Below, piece by piece: positions 17,519-26,775 of a stretch of DNA of 64,000 nucleotides; position 1 is the stretch's first letter, and each line of letters opens with the position of its first letter. The translations under genes and the position numbers were made by a program. The notes below the pieces were generated by a model. That model saw nothing but the letters and a program-made list of their open reading frames with translations. It searched no databases and had not been told where the DNA came from. The DNA comes from an archaeon (lineage in GTDB: Archaea; Nanobdellota; Nanobdellia; Woesearchaeales; GW2011-AR15): assembly GCA_043826135.1 (NCBI GenBank), contig JBDRQT010000053.1:4266-68265 (forward strand), given 5' to 3'.

Positions 17519-18940
17519 CTATGCAACATTTACATCATGGCTTTTGCTTTCCCGAACACCAGCCTGCGTGATCTGGATGAATTCTCCTCTTCCTTTCAGA
17601 TCCTTAATAGTCCTTGCGCCGCAGTAGCTCATTCCGCTCCTGAATCCTCCTACAAGTTGGTTTATGATATCTATTACACTCCCCCTGTAAGGAACTGTTG
17701 CTTCAACTCCCTCTGGAACAAAATCACTTATATCTGAATCAGATTTGGATTTTGCATCCCTGCCAAGTTTTGCGCCAAAAGATGCCATGCCCCTGACTAC
17801 TTTGTATTTTCCTCCATTCTTCAGAATTGGAGTGCCTGGGCTCTCATCAGTCCCTGCAAGCAGACTGCCAAGCATAACTGACGATGCGCCGGCTGCGATA
17901 GCCTTAGTGATATCACCCGACTGCTTGATGCCGCCATCAGCAATTATCGGAATTCCATATTTCGCGCCTTCTTTTGCGCAGGATAGTATTGCAGATAGCT
18001 GCGGATATCCAGCTCCTGTAACTATCCTTGTTGTGCAGATTGATCCTGGCCCTACTCCAACCTTTACACAATCTGCGCCGGCTTTTATCAAATCCCTTGT
18101 GCCATCAGCTGTTGCAACATTTCCTGCCATGACTTCAGTCTTAGGGAAACTGCTCTTCAATCTTTTCAGCACTTCTATCTCAATATCTGAATGGCCGTGG
18201 GCAATATCAATAACGAGCAGATCAGCGCCAGCTTTGATGAGTGCTTTTGCCCTGTCAAGAGCATCTTCCTTTACTCCGATTGCTGCCCCAACCCTTAGGC
18301 TATGCTTAGAATCAAGCGTAGAATTCGGGAATCGTGTCTTATTGTGGATATCCCGACCGGTCACAAGCCCGGCTACAGTCCAGTCATCATTGATTAGCGG
18401 CAATTTCTCAATTTTATGCTTCATCATTATCTGTTTTGCCTTCTCAATCTGAATTCGGTTTTTAGCCACAATAAGTCTTTTTTTGGGAGTCATCAGCTTA
18501 TATATCGGAATATTTTCAGAAGGGTCAAACCAATAATCTCTTGAGGTTAATATTCCGATAAGACGTTTAGAGTCATCAAGCACCAATAGACTTGTTACAT
18601 CATGCTTTTTCATTATTTCTTTGGCTTCTGCAAGGGTTTTTTCCGGAGTTGTCCAAAGAGGATTTTCAATGATTGCATTTCTATGTCGTTTTACTTTTTC
18701 GACCTCTTTTACCTGCTGCATAGTTGTATTGAACCTATGAATAATCCCTATGCCGCCAAGATCTGCAAGAGCAATAGCCATGTCAGCCTCAGTCACAGTA
18801 TCCATGTTAGAGCTGACAATGGGAATTTTAAGTTTGATATTCTTGGTCAAGAAAGTCTCAGTAGAAACGTCTTTCCTGCTTTTTATGGGTGACCTTTGCG
18901 GAATAAGAAGTACATCATCATAACTAAGCCCAAGTTCCAT
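17519..18940 (-). CDS. guaB: IMP dehydrogenase with CBS pair
   Basis: SSNMDTVTE, DIAHGHS, KVGVGPGSICTTR, IADGG, RGMAS, VPEGVE. Confidence 0.97.
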   Translation of the reverse strand: MELGLSYDDVLLIPQRSPIKSRKDVSTETFLTKNIKLKIPIVSSNMDTVTEADMAIALADLGGIGIIHRFNTTMQQVKEVEKVKRHRNAIIENPLWTTPEKTLAEAKEIMKKHDVTSLLVLDDSKRLIGILTSRDYWFDPSENIPIYKLMTPKKRLIVAKNRIQIEKAKQIMMKHKIEKLPLINDDWTVAGLVTGRDIHNKTRFPNSTLDSKHSLRVGAAIGVKEDALDRAKALIKAGADLLVIDIAHGHSDIEIEVLKRLKSSFPKTEVMAGNVATADGTRDLIKAGADCVKVGVGPGSICTTRIVTGAGYPQLSAILSCAKEGAKYGIPIIADGGIKQSGDITKAIAAGASSVMLGSLLAGTDESPGTPILKNGGKYKVVRGMASFGAKLGRDAKSKSDSDISDFVPEGVEATVPYRGSVIDIINQLVGGFRSGMSYCGARTIKDLKGRGEFIQITQAGVRESKSHDVNVA

Positions 18941-18980
18941 AAAATACCATAGAAGATGATTATTTTTGTGGTTTATATAG

Positions 18981-19112
18981 CTATTTATTTACCTTACCGA
19001 CCAAATCTTCGATTATATCAACCACAAGATCTGTTATTTGACCTAAAAATGAGGGTGATTCTTTTTCATCCCACGTATAATCTACTCTTCCATTATAGCT
19101 GTAGTGTGACAT
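18981..19112 (-). CDS. small hypothetical protein (43 aa)
   Basis: Hand translation MSHYSYNGRVDYTWDEKESPSFLGQITDLVVDIIEDLVGKVNK; GGGGAGGG RBS upstream. Confidence 0.55.
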   Translation of the reverse strand: MSHYSYNGRVDYTWDEKESPSFLGQITDLVVDIIEDLVGKVNK

Positions 19113-19125
19113 TTTTTCCCTCCCC

Positions 19126-19248
19126 TCACAGGCAACCGAACAATGTGCCGCAAGTAATGCATTTATGGCAAAAATAATCCTCCATTGCTTTGCAGTCAGA
19201 TGACTTGCATTTCGGACATATCGGCAGTGACATTTGTTTGATGCTCAT
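19126..19248 (-). CDS. small zinc-ribbon protein (40 aa)
   Basis: Hand translation MSIKQMSLPICPKCKSSDCKAMEDYFCHKCITCGTLFGCL with CPKC and CITCG pairs. Confidence 0.6.
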   Translation of the reverse strand: MSIKQMSLPICPKCKSSDCKAMEDYFCHKCITCGTLFGCL

Positions 19249-19347
19249 TTTAATCTCTCTTTATTTAAGATAAAGTACATGCGCGCAATATATTAAACTT
19301 GCACAAGAATAAGTATTATAATAATTATTATAAGTATAATAAGTATT

Positions 19348-19905
19348 TTAAGGAATCATTAATTGAGCCAATGCAGCACCAAATCCATTGTAAAAGATTA
19401 TCCAAAAAATAAAATTCAGTATTCTTCTCGGAATCTGTTCTAATGCCTTGCCAGTGCCCACAAATAGGAATTCAAATAAAAATTGCACTGTGTAGCGAAT
19501 TATCAAGAAAACAATACCTACAAAAACAATGGAATATTTACTAAAATAATGCACAAATAATGCCATTACTGTGAGTAACAATTGTGAAAAGATTATTCGC
19601 AGACCGACCCGAGTAGACATTGCAATGCTAATCCATGACGAACTCACCACAATAATTGCCTCCTTCGGACCATAGACATAACCGCACATGGTGGTACCGA
19701 GCGATATTATTTCTAATGGCAATTTTATTCCTGTCCAGGATTTAAAATTTAGGACAATAAAATTAAGTATAATAAAAAATGCCACAAAAAACCATCGTTT
19801 AAACAACAAAAAAAAAGCAAACAAAATAATCAACGAGAGATTAATCTTGAAACGAGTATTATGAAGATAGGATTTACTTACCTTATCATGTCTTCTTTTT
19901 TTCAT
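19348..19905 (-). CDS. multi-pass membrane protein (ECF S-component-like)
   Basis: About 5-6 hydrophobic helices; GYVYGP motif similar to GFLFGP in 31971-32534. Confidence 0.6.
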   Translation of the reverse strand: MKKRRHDKVSKSYLHNTRFKINLSLIILFAFFLLFKRWFFVAFFIILNFIVLNFKSWTGIKLPLEIISLGTTMCGYVYGPKEAIIVVSSSWISIAMSTRVGLRIIFSQLLLTVMALFVHYFSKYSIVFVGIVFLIIRYTVQFLFEFLFVGTGKALEQIPRRILNFIFWIIFYNGFGAALAQLMIP

Positions 19906-19947
19906 ACATAAATGTAAGAATAAGTCTATATAAAAATATATTCAATA

Positions 19948-22452
19948 TCACAAAAACCTTTCTTCAAGTTGATTATACAAAAACAGATAACTACCTATTA
20001 CTTCAAGCAGATACTTATTTTCAAGCGATTCCGGCAAAGTCAGGCTGCCAAGTTTCTCAATATTTGTCCAAATTCTTTCTGAAAATTCTCCACTCGCGGC
20101 TCCGCCAGCTAATTGTGTTAGATTTAATTCAACTAATCGTTTTTCTGTACTTTGTTTTTTGTTCCAATAGGGCTTACTCTCCCTATAGGAAAACCCATAT
20201 TCCCTGGATAAATCATACAAATTAAGTGCAACTTCGGTTAGCAGCATATTTTCCTTGGAAGAGGAAGGCATTTTGGTTTTGTCCATTCGTCGCAGATATT
20301 TTTCAAATTGTCTTATTACTCCCTGCTTGAGACCTTGCATTGCGCACGATGCGTACCAAAGATCTTCAACTTCACTGCCCCCATGCTCATAAATATAATT
20401 CATGGAGACAAAATCTCTGACAAATCCTACACTTCTGGCATCCCACTCATATACAAAATCCTCAGCTGTTAGTGAAAGCACACTATTATTATAATCAACT
20501 TCAGTTGAATATAATTCATTAAACCACTCTTGGTTGATTCTATTTCCCTGGTTAAATAAGGCTGTTTTGGTCAAAATAGCCTGGATCTGCTGATAATATT
20601 CTGTTTCTATTGATCGAGCACTTGCAGCATTCCACTCATTGCGCAGCGATCTTGTACTAATATCAGTAACTAACATCTGCAACTGATGGATAGCAACATC
20701 TACATCAACCCGCCTATTAGTGTAGTCAGGACCTTCATCCTGAGCTGTCCTAAATAAATAGGAAATCATTCTCGACGATAAATGCAGCGCCAGATTGATT
20801 ACCTTAGCTTTCATAAATTCATATTCTTGTTCAACCATGAATATCGGCGTATTCGGGAATCTTTCGTTTCGATGAATCCACATCGGCCTTTCGAGGTGAC
20901 AGCTTGATTTTTCCTTGAATACCCTTCCAATATCCAGTGCATAAAATACACTACGTATATTCCTTGAGAACTGTTGGAATGACCGTGGTGAGATTTCGTA
21001 TCCCCTTTCCACTGAATTCACGATTTTGGCAATGCCTTCTTTTGATTTTTGGGCCCAAAGGGGTAATTCCTTTCCTTCAAGAATTTCTAGTAGTGTTCTT
21101 ATCCCCTCCGTTTCCAGAACGTACATTGCGAAATTATCTGGGTGAACATCATGTGTGAGGCTAGGCGCTTCAGCAATTGCTCTTGCAACTTCACCCTCCT
21201 CACCAAAAAGTGTTGAGTTAAGTAGTGTTTCCATTTTCCTTACAGACTTGCTTTCCCTAGCTGGCTTTATTCGATCATAATTTCTTAGGAATCTATTAGA
21301 GAAGTCATATGCCTTTCTTGGTCCGATTGAAGAAGGAAGCAAACTTGATGCTTCGGCAGCCATTCTTCCCATCGCATATTCATCCATGGCAGTTAAAAAA
21401 ACTTGAGCTAGCATTTCAGTTTTTTTATCTTTGTGATCTAAAACACAGGAAGTAATTACTTTCGTCATTGGTATGACAGGATATTTTTCAGATGTTGTCG
21501 TAAAATATCCATGCCAGAAGTCTTCGAGTGGTTCTTTGACTCCTAATATATATTTAATTGCTGTATACTGCGGTATGGGAAATGTCTGCAATGAATGCAT
21601 TAGATAATGCAAATGAAGTGAAAATATTCTTTCTACATTTCTTCTTGTGTAAGGTGTATAATTTACGAAAGTGGATTCAGGATCTGGCAATTTAAGAGTT
21701 GTCATAAATTGATGTTGCCCCCTCATAAGCTTAGTTACTCTAGAATTTTGCTCTCTTTCTTCCTTATTTCTTAATTGTTTAGACCACGTATGAGGCCAGA
21801 TTTGCCAAACTCTTTTTTTTGGTTTATTTATGTATTCCACTCTACCAAAGCTAAAAAGCGATGCAGTGGCTGCATAGTTTACATCCGAAAGTAGTGTGTC
21901 TTCACCATGCTGTCTTAGCAGACCACACAATGAATTGTATTCCCTTTTCAAATTAAAATTCTCAGGGAGTTTGATGGGTAATGGTTGCGACATCTTTTCC
22001 ATCAATTGAATCATGCTTCCAATTTCTTCAGTATTGGCTTCATCGGTCGATATCCAACCAATCAATTCTTTGAGCAAAGATGGTTTGTCCATAAAATGTG
22101 GATCAAATCGATATTGAATCAAATTAGATTTCAATTCCTGAGAAAGAGTCAACAATTGTTCAGGTAAGAATGTTTCCAGATAATATGAAAAAAGAATATT
22201 TGGATCATGATTGATCACCTTAATCTGTGGCAGGTAGCAGTCAAGTAGTTCATTATAATTTATCGCATCAACAAACTGTGAAAACATTGCTGCCCTTCCT
22301 ATCCCAACAAGCAGCATCTCGACCCTATCTACTAGAGTAAATCCACGTGAATCAAGATTATCTCGGAGAGATTTATCTTTAAGCAAAGATTTAACCTGAT
22401 TCTTCAAAATAGGTCGATTCAATCCTTTGGCCATTTTTTCAGCAGTTTGCAT
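19948..22452 (-). CDS. large hypothetical protein with kinase/APH-like motifs
   Basis: THDVHPDN (DxxxxN) followed by YALDIG (DFG-like); 834 aa. Confidence 0.55.
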   Translation of the reverse strand: MQTAEKMAKGLNRPILKNQVKSLLKDKSLRDNLDSRGFTLVDRVEMLLVGIGRAAMFSQFVDAINYNELLDCYLPQIKVINHDPNILFSYYLETFLPEQLLTLSQELKSNLIQYRFDPHFMDKPSLLKELIGWISTDEANTEEIGSMIQLMEKMSQPLPIKLPENFNLKREYNSLCGLLRQHGEDTLLSDVNYAATASLFSFGRVEYINKPKKRVWQIWPHTWSKQLRNKEEREQNSRVTKLMRGQHQFMTTLKLPDPESTFVNYTPYTRRNVERIFSLHLHYLMHSLQTFPIPQYTAIKYILGVKEPLEDFWHGYFTTTSEKYPVIPMTKVITSCVLDHKDKKTEMLAQVFLTAMDEYAMGRMAAEASSLLPSSIGPRKAYDFSNRFLRNYDRIKPARESKSVRKMETLLNSTLFGEEGEVARAIAEAPSLTHDVHPDNFAMYVLETEGIRTLLEILEGKELPLWAQKSKEGIAKIVNSVERGYEISPRSFQQFSRNIRSVFYALDIGRVFKEKSSCHLERPMWIHRNERFPNTPIFMVEQEYEFMKAKVINLALHLSSRMISYLFRTAQDEGPDYTNRRVDVDVAIHQLQMLVTDISTRSLRNEWNAASARSIETEYYQQIQAILTKTALFNQGNRINQEWFNELYSTEVDYNNSVLSLTAEDFVYEWDARSVGFVRDFVSMNYIYEHGGSEVEDLWYASCAMQGLKQGVIRQFEKYLRRMDKTKMPSSSKENMLLTEVALNLYDLSREYGFSYRESKPYWNKKQSTEKRLVELNLTQLAGGAASGEFSERIWTNIEKLGSLTLPESLENKYLLEVIGSYLFLYNQLEERFL

Positions 22453-22561
22453 CTTTGTATAAAGTTGCTATTTATAACTTTTACTACTTTTTAGTTAGTA
22501 TTGACTAATAAGTATTATAAGTATTTTCCGTAAATTATATAAAGTAAATAATAATTTAGCA

Positions 22562-23524
22562 TTGAAAATGATAAGAAAGGTATCGAAGGTTGGCCAAAGT
22601 TCACTGGTTGTATCACTACCCTTCGAATGGGTAAGGCATTACAAAATCAAGAAGGGCGATGATATTAATCTCACCCCCAAAGGCAAATCACTAATCATTT
22701 CAACTTCAAATGAAAGTGACGGAGATGATATTACAATCAATCTGGATAATAAGAATACTGGCCTATTATGGAGATATTTCATGGGTGCATATGCAAGAGG
22801 ATTCAAGACAATCAAAGTGGTATTTTCTCAGGAAAATATCGTTGTGACCGATAAGATCTTTAGGAAAAGGGGTTATAAAACAATCAATCCAATGGAACTT
22901 GTAAATGAATCTGTCAAAACAATGATTGGAATGGAGATTGTTGAACAAAGAGCCGGAACATGCACGATAAAACAGCTTGCGAATATCAGCGAGGACGAAT
23001 TCAATGCAACTCTTAGAAGAATGTTCCTAATTGTAAAAGGGATGCTTGAAGATATTTTGAAAACGCCAGAGGATAAAATGATACTTCTGACAAACAATTT
23101 GCTTCTTGTGGATGAGACGATCAACAAATTTACACTATTTTGCAACAGGATAATAGCTAAAAAAGACCTCTCTAACACAACCAATGTGGAACTGTATTAT
23201 TCTATAGTGAACGGTATCGAGAGAATTGGAGACGAAGTAAAAGATATTCCAAAACTCTTACTTAAAAATGATCAAAGATGTACTGCTATCGTACAGTCAC
23301 TGACTGATCTTTTTACGGATTTCTATAAAAATTTTTATGAATATGACGACAAATTGGCAGACAAAGTACTCCAGAAATCAATTGATATCAAGAGGTCATC
23401 TGACAAGCTAGTTGAATCAAGTTCTGAAGATTGGCTAAGTCTGTTCGCGGGCAAGATAAGAAATATTACTGGACTTATCAGGTATCATACAGAAGAAATG
23501 ATTCAATTGCACTTATCAAAATAA
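22562..23524 (+). CDS. AbrB-domain / PhoU-like regulator
   Basis: RKVSKVGQSSLVVSLPFEWV AbrB N-terminus, GMEIVEQ and ERIGD PhoU-like motifs. Confidence 0.88.
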   Translation: MKMIRKVSKVGQSSLVVSLPFEWVRHYKIKKGDDINLTPKGKSLIISTSNESDGDDITINLDNKNTGLLWRYFMGAYARGFKTIKVVFSQENIVVTDKIFRKRGYKTINPMELVNESVKTMIGMEIVEQRAGTCTIKQLANISEDEFNATLRRMFLIVKGMLEDILKTPEDKMILLTNNLLLVDETINKFTLFCNRIIAKKDLSNTTNVELYYSIVNGIERIGDEVKDIPKLLLKNDQRCTAIVQSLTDLFTDFYKNFYEYDDKLADKVLQKSIDIKRSSDKLVESSSEDWLSLFAGKIRNITGLIRYHTEEMIQLHLSK

Positions 23525-23529
23525 ATTAT

Positions 23530-23925
23530 CTAACTCATTAATTTTGCATCTAGGTCATGTCCTGTATACCCTGGTCGCGGAGAACTTTCGATCCAATCAA
23601 GACTAAATAACTGATAGACCTCTCTGACTTCTTCGACCGGAATTCGGTCACCATTTTTTGGATACAACCTAACATGCATCAGAGAAGTAATGTTTCCATT
23701 TCTAGTAAAGGGAGGGCAAAAGGACACAACCGCCAGTCCAGGGGGTCCACCCAAATTATAAAAGGTCTGTCTTGGAAGTGATGCTTCTCCTATATCAATC
23801 GATTCTTTCCTGCTCCAAACATTCATACTTAAACCATATAAATTAGCCAATGTCGGAAGCATTGTATTCAAAACTTGATTGAATATAGCCATTGCTAAAT
23901 CAACCTTGTAGGATGCGACAACCAT
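23530..23925 (-). CDS. hypothetical protein
   Basis: 131-aa ORF filling the gap between flanking genes. Confidence 0.55.
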   Translation of the reverse strand: MVVASYKVDLAMAIFNQVLNTMLPTLANLYGLSMNVWSRKESIDIGEASLPRQTFYNLGGPPGLAVVSFCPPFTRNGNITSLMHVRLYPKNGDRIPVEEVREVYQLFSLDWIESSPRPGYTGHDLDAKLMS

Positions 23926-24061
23926 TTCCCCATCAAAATTAAGTGCAAGTATATAAATCTTACCACTTAAAAGTAACTAACTGTATATAATTTTATATAC
24001 TATTAGCCAAAAAAAGTTTTATAGCAAAGATTAAATATAATAACTGAATAGTAGTAGTAAT

Positions 24062-24916
24062 ATGTCACAAGAAGGATTTCAAATTGAAGCAAGAGCAGCC
24101 ATTCTTGCTGCAAATGCAGGAGCTGAAATAATTGCTGAATATGCTCCTATTCTTTCACAACCTGATATAAAGCGAGATTTGGCTGAACAAAAACCAGACG
24201 GTTCATGGAGAACAATTGCTGATATCGAGAGCGAAGAAGCTATACTCAGCATTCTGCATGAAAGATTTCCTCATTCAACAAAAATCGGAGAAGAATCCAA
24301 TCCTATATATGGAGATGATGGAGATATATGGTATATCGATCCATGTGATGGAACAAATGCACTACTTGGCGGTGTTCCATACGTTGCTGTGTGTATTGCT
24401 CTTGAAAGAAAGGGACGAAGAGTTCTTGAAATTATTAATACTCCACTGATTGAGCAGGGAAGAAGCTATCGTGCGATTATTGATGAGAAGCCAACGATGT
24501 TTGATGGTTCACACATACATGCTCTTCCTATAAGTGTACCCAATAGCCTTGATGAAATAACAATCATACCTCATTTTCCAAGAACTCGGACAAGGGATCA
24601 TGAGATTTTAAGCAATTTAGCAAATGGTAGAATCATTCATAGTACAACCTGGAAAGCTGGACATGCCTATCATGTTGCAGAAGTAGCTCACGGGTTCCCA
24701 AATGTATATTTATTTGAGACTCCAAGCAATCTTCCTCCATGGGAAGCAATAGGAAATTTGCTACTTTCATGTATGGGTGGTGTCTATACAAGCTACCAAT
24801 TTGACACTGGTAGCCCAAAATTCACAATTGTAACGACCTCACAAGAGGTTTATCATAAACTTGAAAGTGAACTTCGAAAAGCCAATTTTGGGTATGGTCA
24901 TACTCCAAGGAGATGA
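24062..24916 (+). CDS. inositol monophosphatase family protein
   Basis: TIADIESE, IGEE, WYIDPCDGTN, PWE motifs. Confidence 0.88.
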   Translation: MSQEGFQIEARAAILAANAGAEIIAEYAPILSQPDIKRDLAEQKPDGSWRTIADIESEEAILSILHERFPHSTKIGEESNPIYGDDGDIWYIDPCDGTNALLGGVPYVAVCIALERKGRRVLEIINTPLIEQGRSYRAIIDEKPTMFDGSHIHALPISVPNSLDEITIIPHFPRTRTRDHEILSNLANGRIIHSTTWKAGHAYHVAEVAHGFPNVYLFETPSNLPPWEAIGNLLLSCMGGVYTSYQFDTGSPKFTIVTTSQEVYHKLESELRKANFGYGHTPRR

Positions 24917-25390
24917 TATTTAAATCATTTTTTTGTACTCATCATAGGTGTTATTTAACCAGGTGATATATCCACTGGTCAGATTCTCTTATACCTAAGA
25001 AATAACGCTGTCTTTACACAACCCCAGATGCTAAATCAATTTTATATACTTCAGATAGGGGGGATCCTGCAAACGAGTCCCATTCTTAATAAGTTCAGTT
25101 ATTGTCATTGTATCGCCATCTTGTGCAAAAGTCAACGGTTCAAAGGTATACCTTCTTACTGCAAGTTATCCATTTCTTTGAAATCAACTTTTAGTGTAAG
25201 GTCATTTTTTTAGAACAAATCCTAATTCAGCAATTGTATATCCAGATTCCTAAGATTCATAAAATTAAAGTTATACTTAAATACAATACTTACTATCGTC
25301 GGTACGCTACTAATTCAATATTGTAAGAACCTCCTACTAATAGGGCAAACTCACAGAGGAAAGTCCCTGAAAAATTGAAAATAAAAAAAA

Positions 25391-26668
25391 TCACTGGCAA
25401 TCGAAGCAAGGCCAGTTGTTCATGTTGAAACTGATGTCCTGCGAGACACTATCAGTTCCATCAGATATAGTCACTGTGACTTTCTTCTGGCCGCCTTTCT
25501 CGCCGTATTTGACTGTTTTTTCGCTAGCGTCCATGAAGCCGGAATAGCTTACTTCAAGTGAATCCCCATCTACATCATAAGCTTCCACATTAATTGTTAT
25601 TGTAACTTCGTCACCTGGTTTCTTTAGGACAACTTCTCCTGGAGTAAGGGTAATCGACTTAATTTCAGGAGCTGTATTTTTCTTTGATAGTTCGACAAGA
25701 ACCTCATTGACCACTTCATTTTTTCCGTCTGATGCACGTACTGACACTTCATACTCACCTGCATCTCCTGCCTCTGTCTGCCATTTCCCTTCTGCGTCAA
25801 ATGGCTCTGAATATGAGAAACTTACTATATCTCCGTCTGGATCAGTTCCTTCTGCTTTTATTTCAACCAAATCCCCCTCAGTTGCGATTATCTTTGCAGG
25901 CGAGAGCATATTCACAACAGGCATCCTATTATAAGGATTTACAACAATAGTCACATCCTTAGTTACTATCTCTTTTCCATCATCTGCCCTGATAGTCACT
26001 TTGTATGTGCCAGCATCATCAAATGTTGTCTGATATGTTTTGGAATCAATCCATCCAGAATATATGACAACAACCTCGTCGCCGTCAGAATCGCTTATCT
26101 GAGGGTTTAGTCTTATCAGATCTCCTTCAACAAACTCAAGCTTGTCAGGCATAGCAATCACTGGTGCTTTGTTTTTAACAAGCACATCTATTGTCATCTG
26201 CTTTGTCACAAATGAGTCTTTTCCATCAGTGGCTGATACTATAACTGAATAAAATCCGGCGTCTCCTGCAACTGTCTGCCAAACTCCATCTGCATCAAAT
26301 GGCTCTGTATAACCCATTTTTACAGGATCACCATCTGGATCATTCACAAATGGTTTTAGATCAATCAAGTCGCCTTCATATGCAACTATGTCTGCCGTTT
26401 TCCCGGTTGATTCTTCCTTTACAAGCTCAACTGTATTTTCTGGTTCCTCAACTAATTCAGTAGGTTCCTGGGCTTCTTCAGATGATTCTTCAGGATTTAC
26501 AGCCTCAACAGGTGCACTATTTTCTTCCGGCACACCAGGGCTAATATCAACATTTATTCCTTCAGGCGGACTAACCGCATCACCTGTTGGCTCATATGGC
26601 CTGTACGGTGTGCAGGCTGCAATCATCATTATCAAGACAGAAAATAGCAAGACTATTTTTTTATTCAT
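25391..26668 (-). CDS. putative lipoprotein with repeated Ig/cadherin-like domains
   Basis: MNKK, hydrophobic stretch and IAAC lipobox; four DxDGD repeats with G.Y.V.V.A.DG. Confidence 0.8.
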   Translation of the reverse strand: MNKKIVLLFSVLIMMIAACTPYRPYEPTGDAVSPPEGINVDISPGVPEENSAPVEAVNPEESSEEAQEPTELVEEPENTVELVKEESTGKTADIVAYEGDLIDLKPFVNDPDGDPVKMGYTEPFDADGVWQTVAGDAGFYSVIVSATDGKDSFVTKQMTIDVLVKNKAPVIAMPDKLEFVEGDLIRLNPQISDSDGDEVVVIYSGWIDSKTYQTTFDDAGTYKVTIRADDGKEIVTKDVTIVVNPYNRMPVVNMLSPAKIIATEGDLVEIKAEGTDPDGDIVSFSYSEPFDAEGKWQTEAGDAGEYEVSVRASDGKNEVVNEVLVELSKKNTAPEIKSITLTPGEVVLKKPGDEVTITINVEAYDVDGDSLEVSYSGFMDASEKTVKYGEKGGQKKVTVTISDGTDSVSQDISFNMNNWPCFDCQ

Positions 26669-26775
26669 CAAAACCCCTCCCATTATAAAGTAATAATTAT
26701 TTGTTACTCTTCCTAAATGTTAACTAGTATTTATACTTTACGGAAAGAATTAAATACTCCTCTACAAAAAGATAT

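Noticed and set aside
17745..18452. 235-aa + strand ORF
   Set aside because: Antisense shadow of guaB
18956..19177. 73-aa + strand ORF
   Set aside because: Overlaps two better supported minus-strand microproteins (strong RBS, Zn-ribbon motif)
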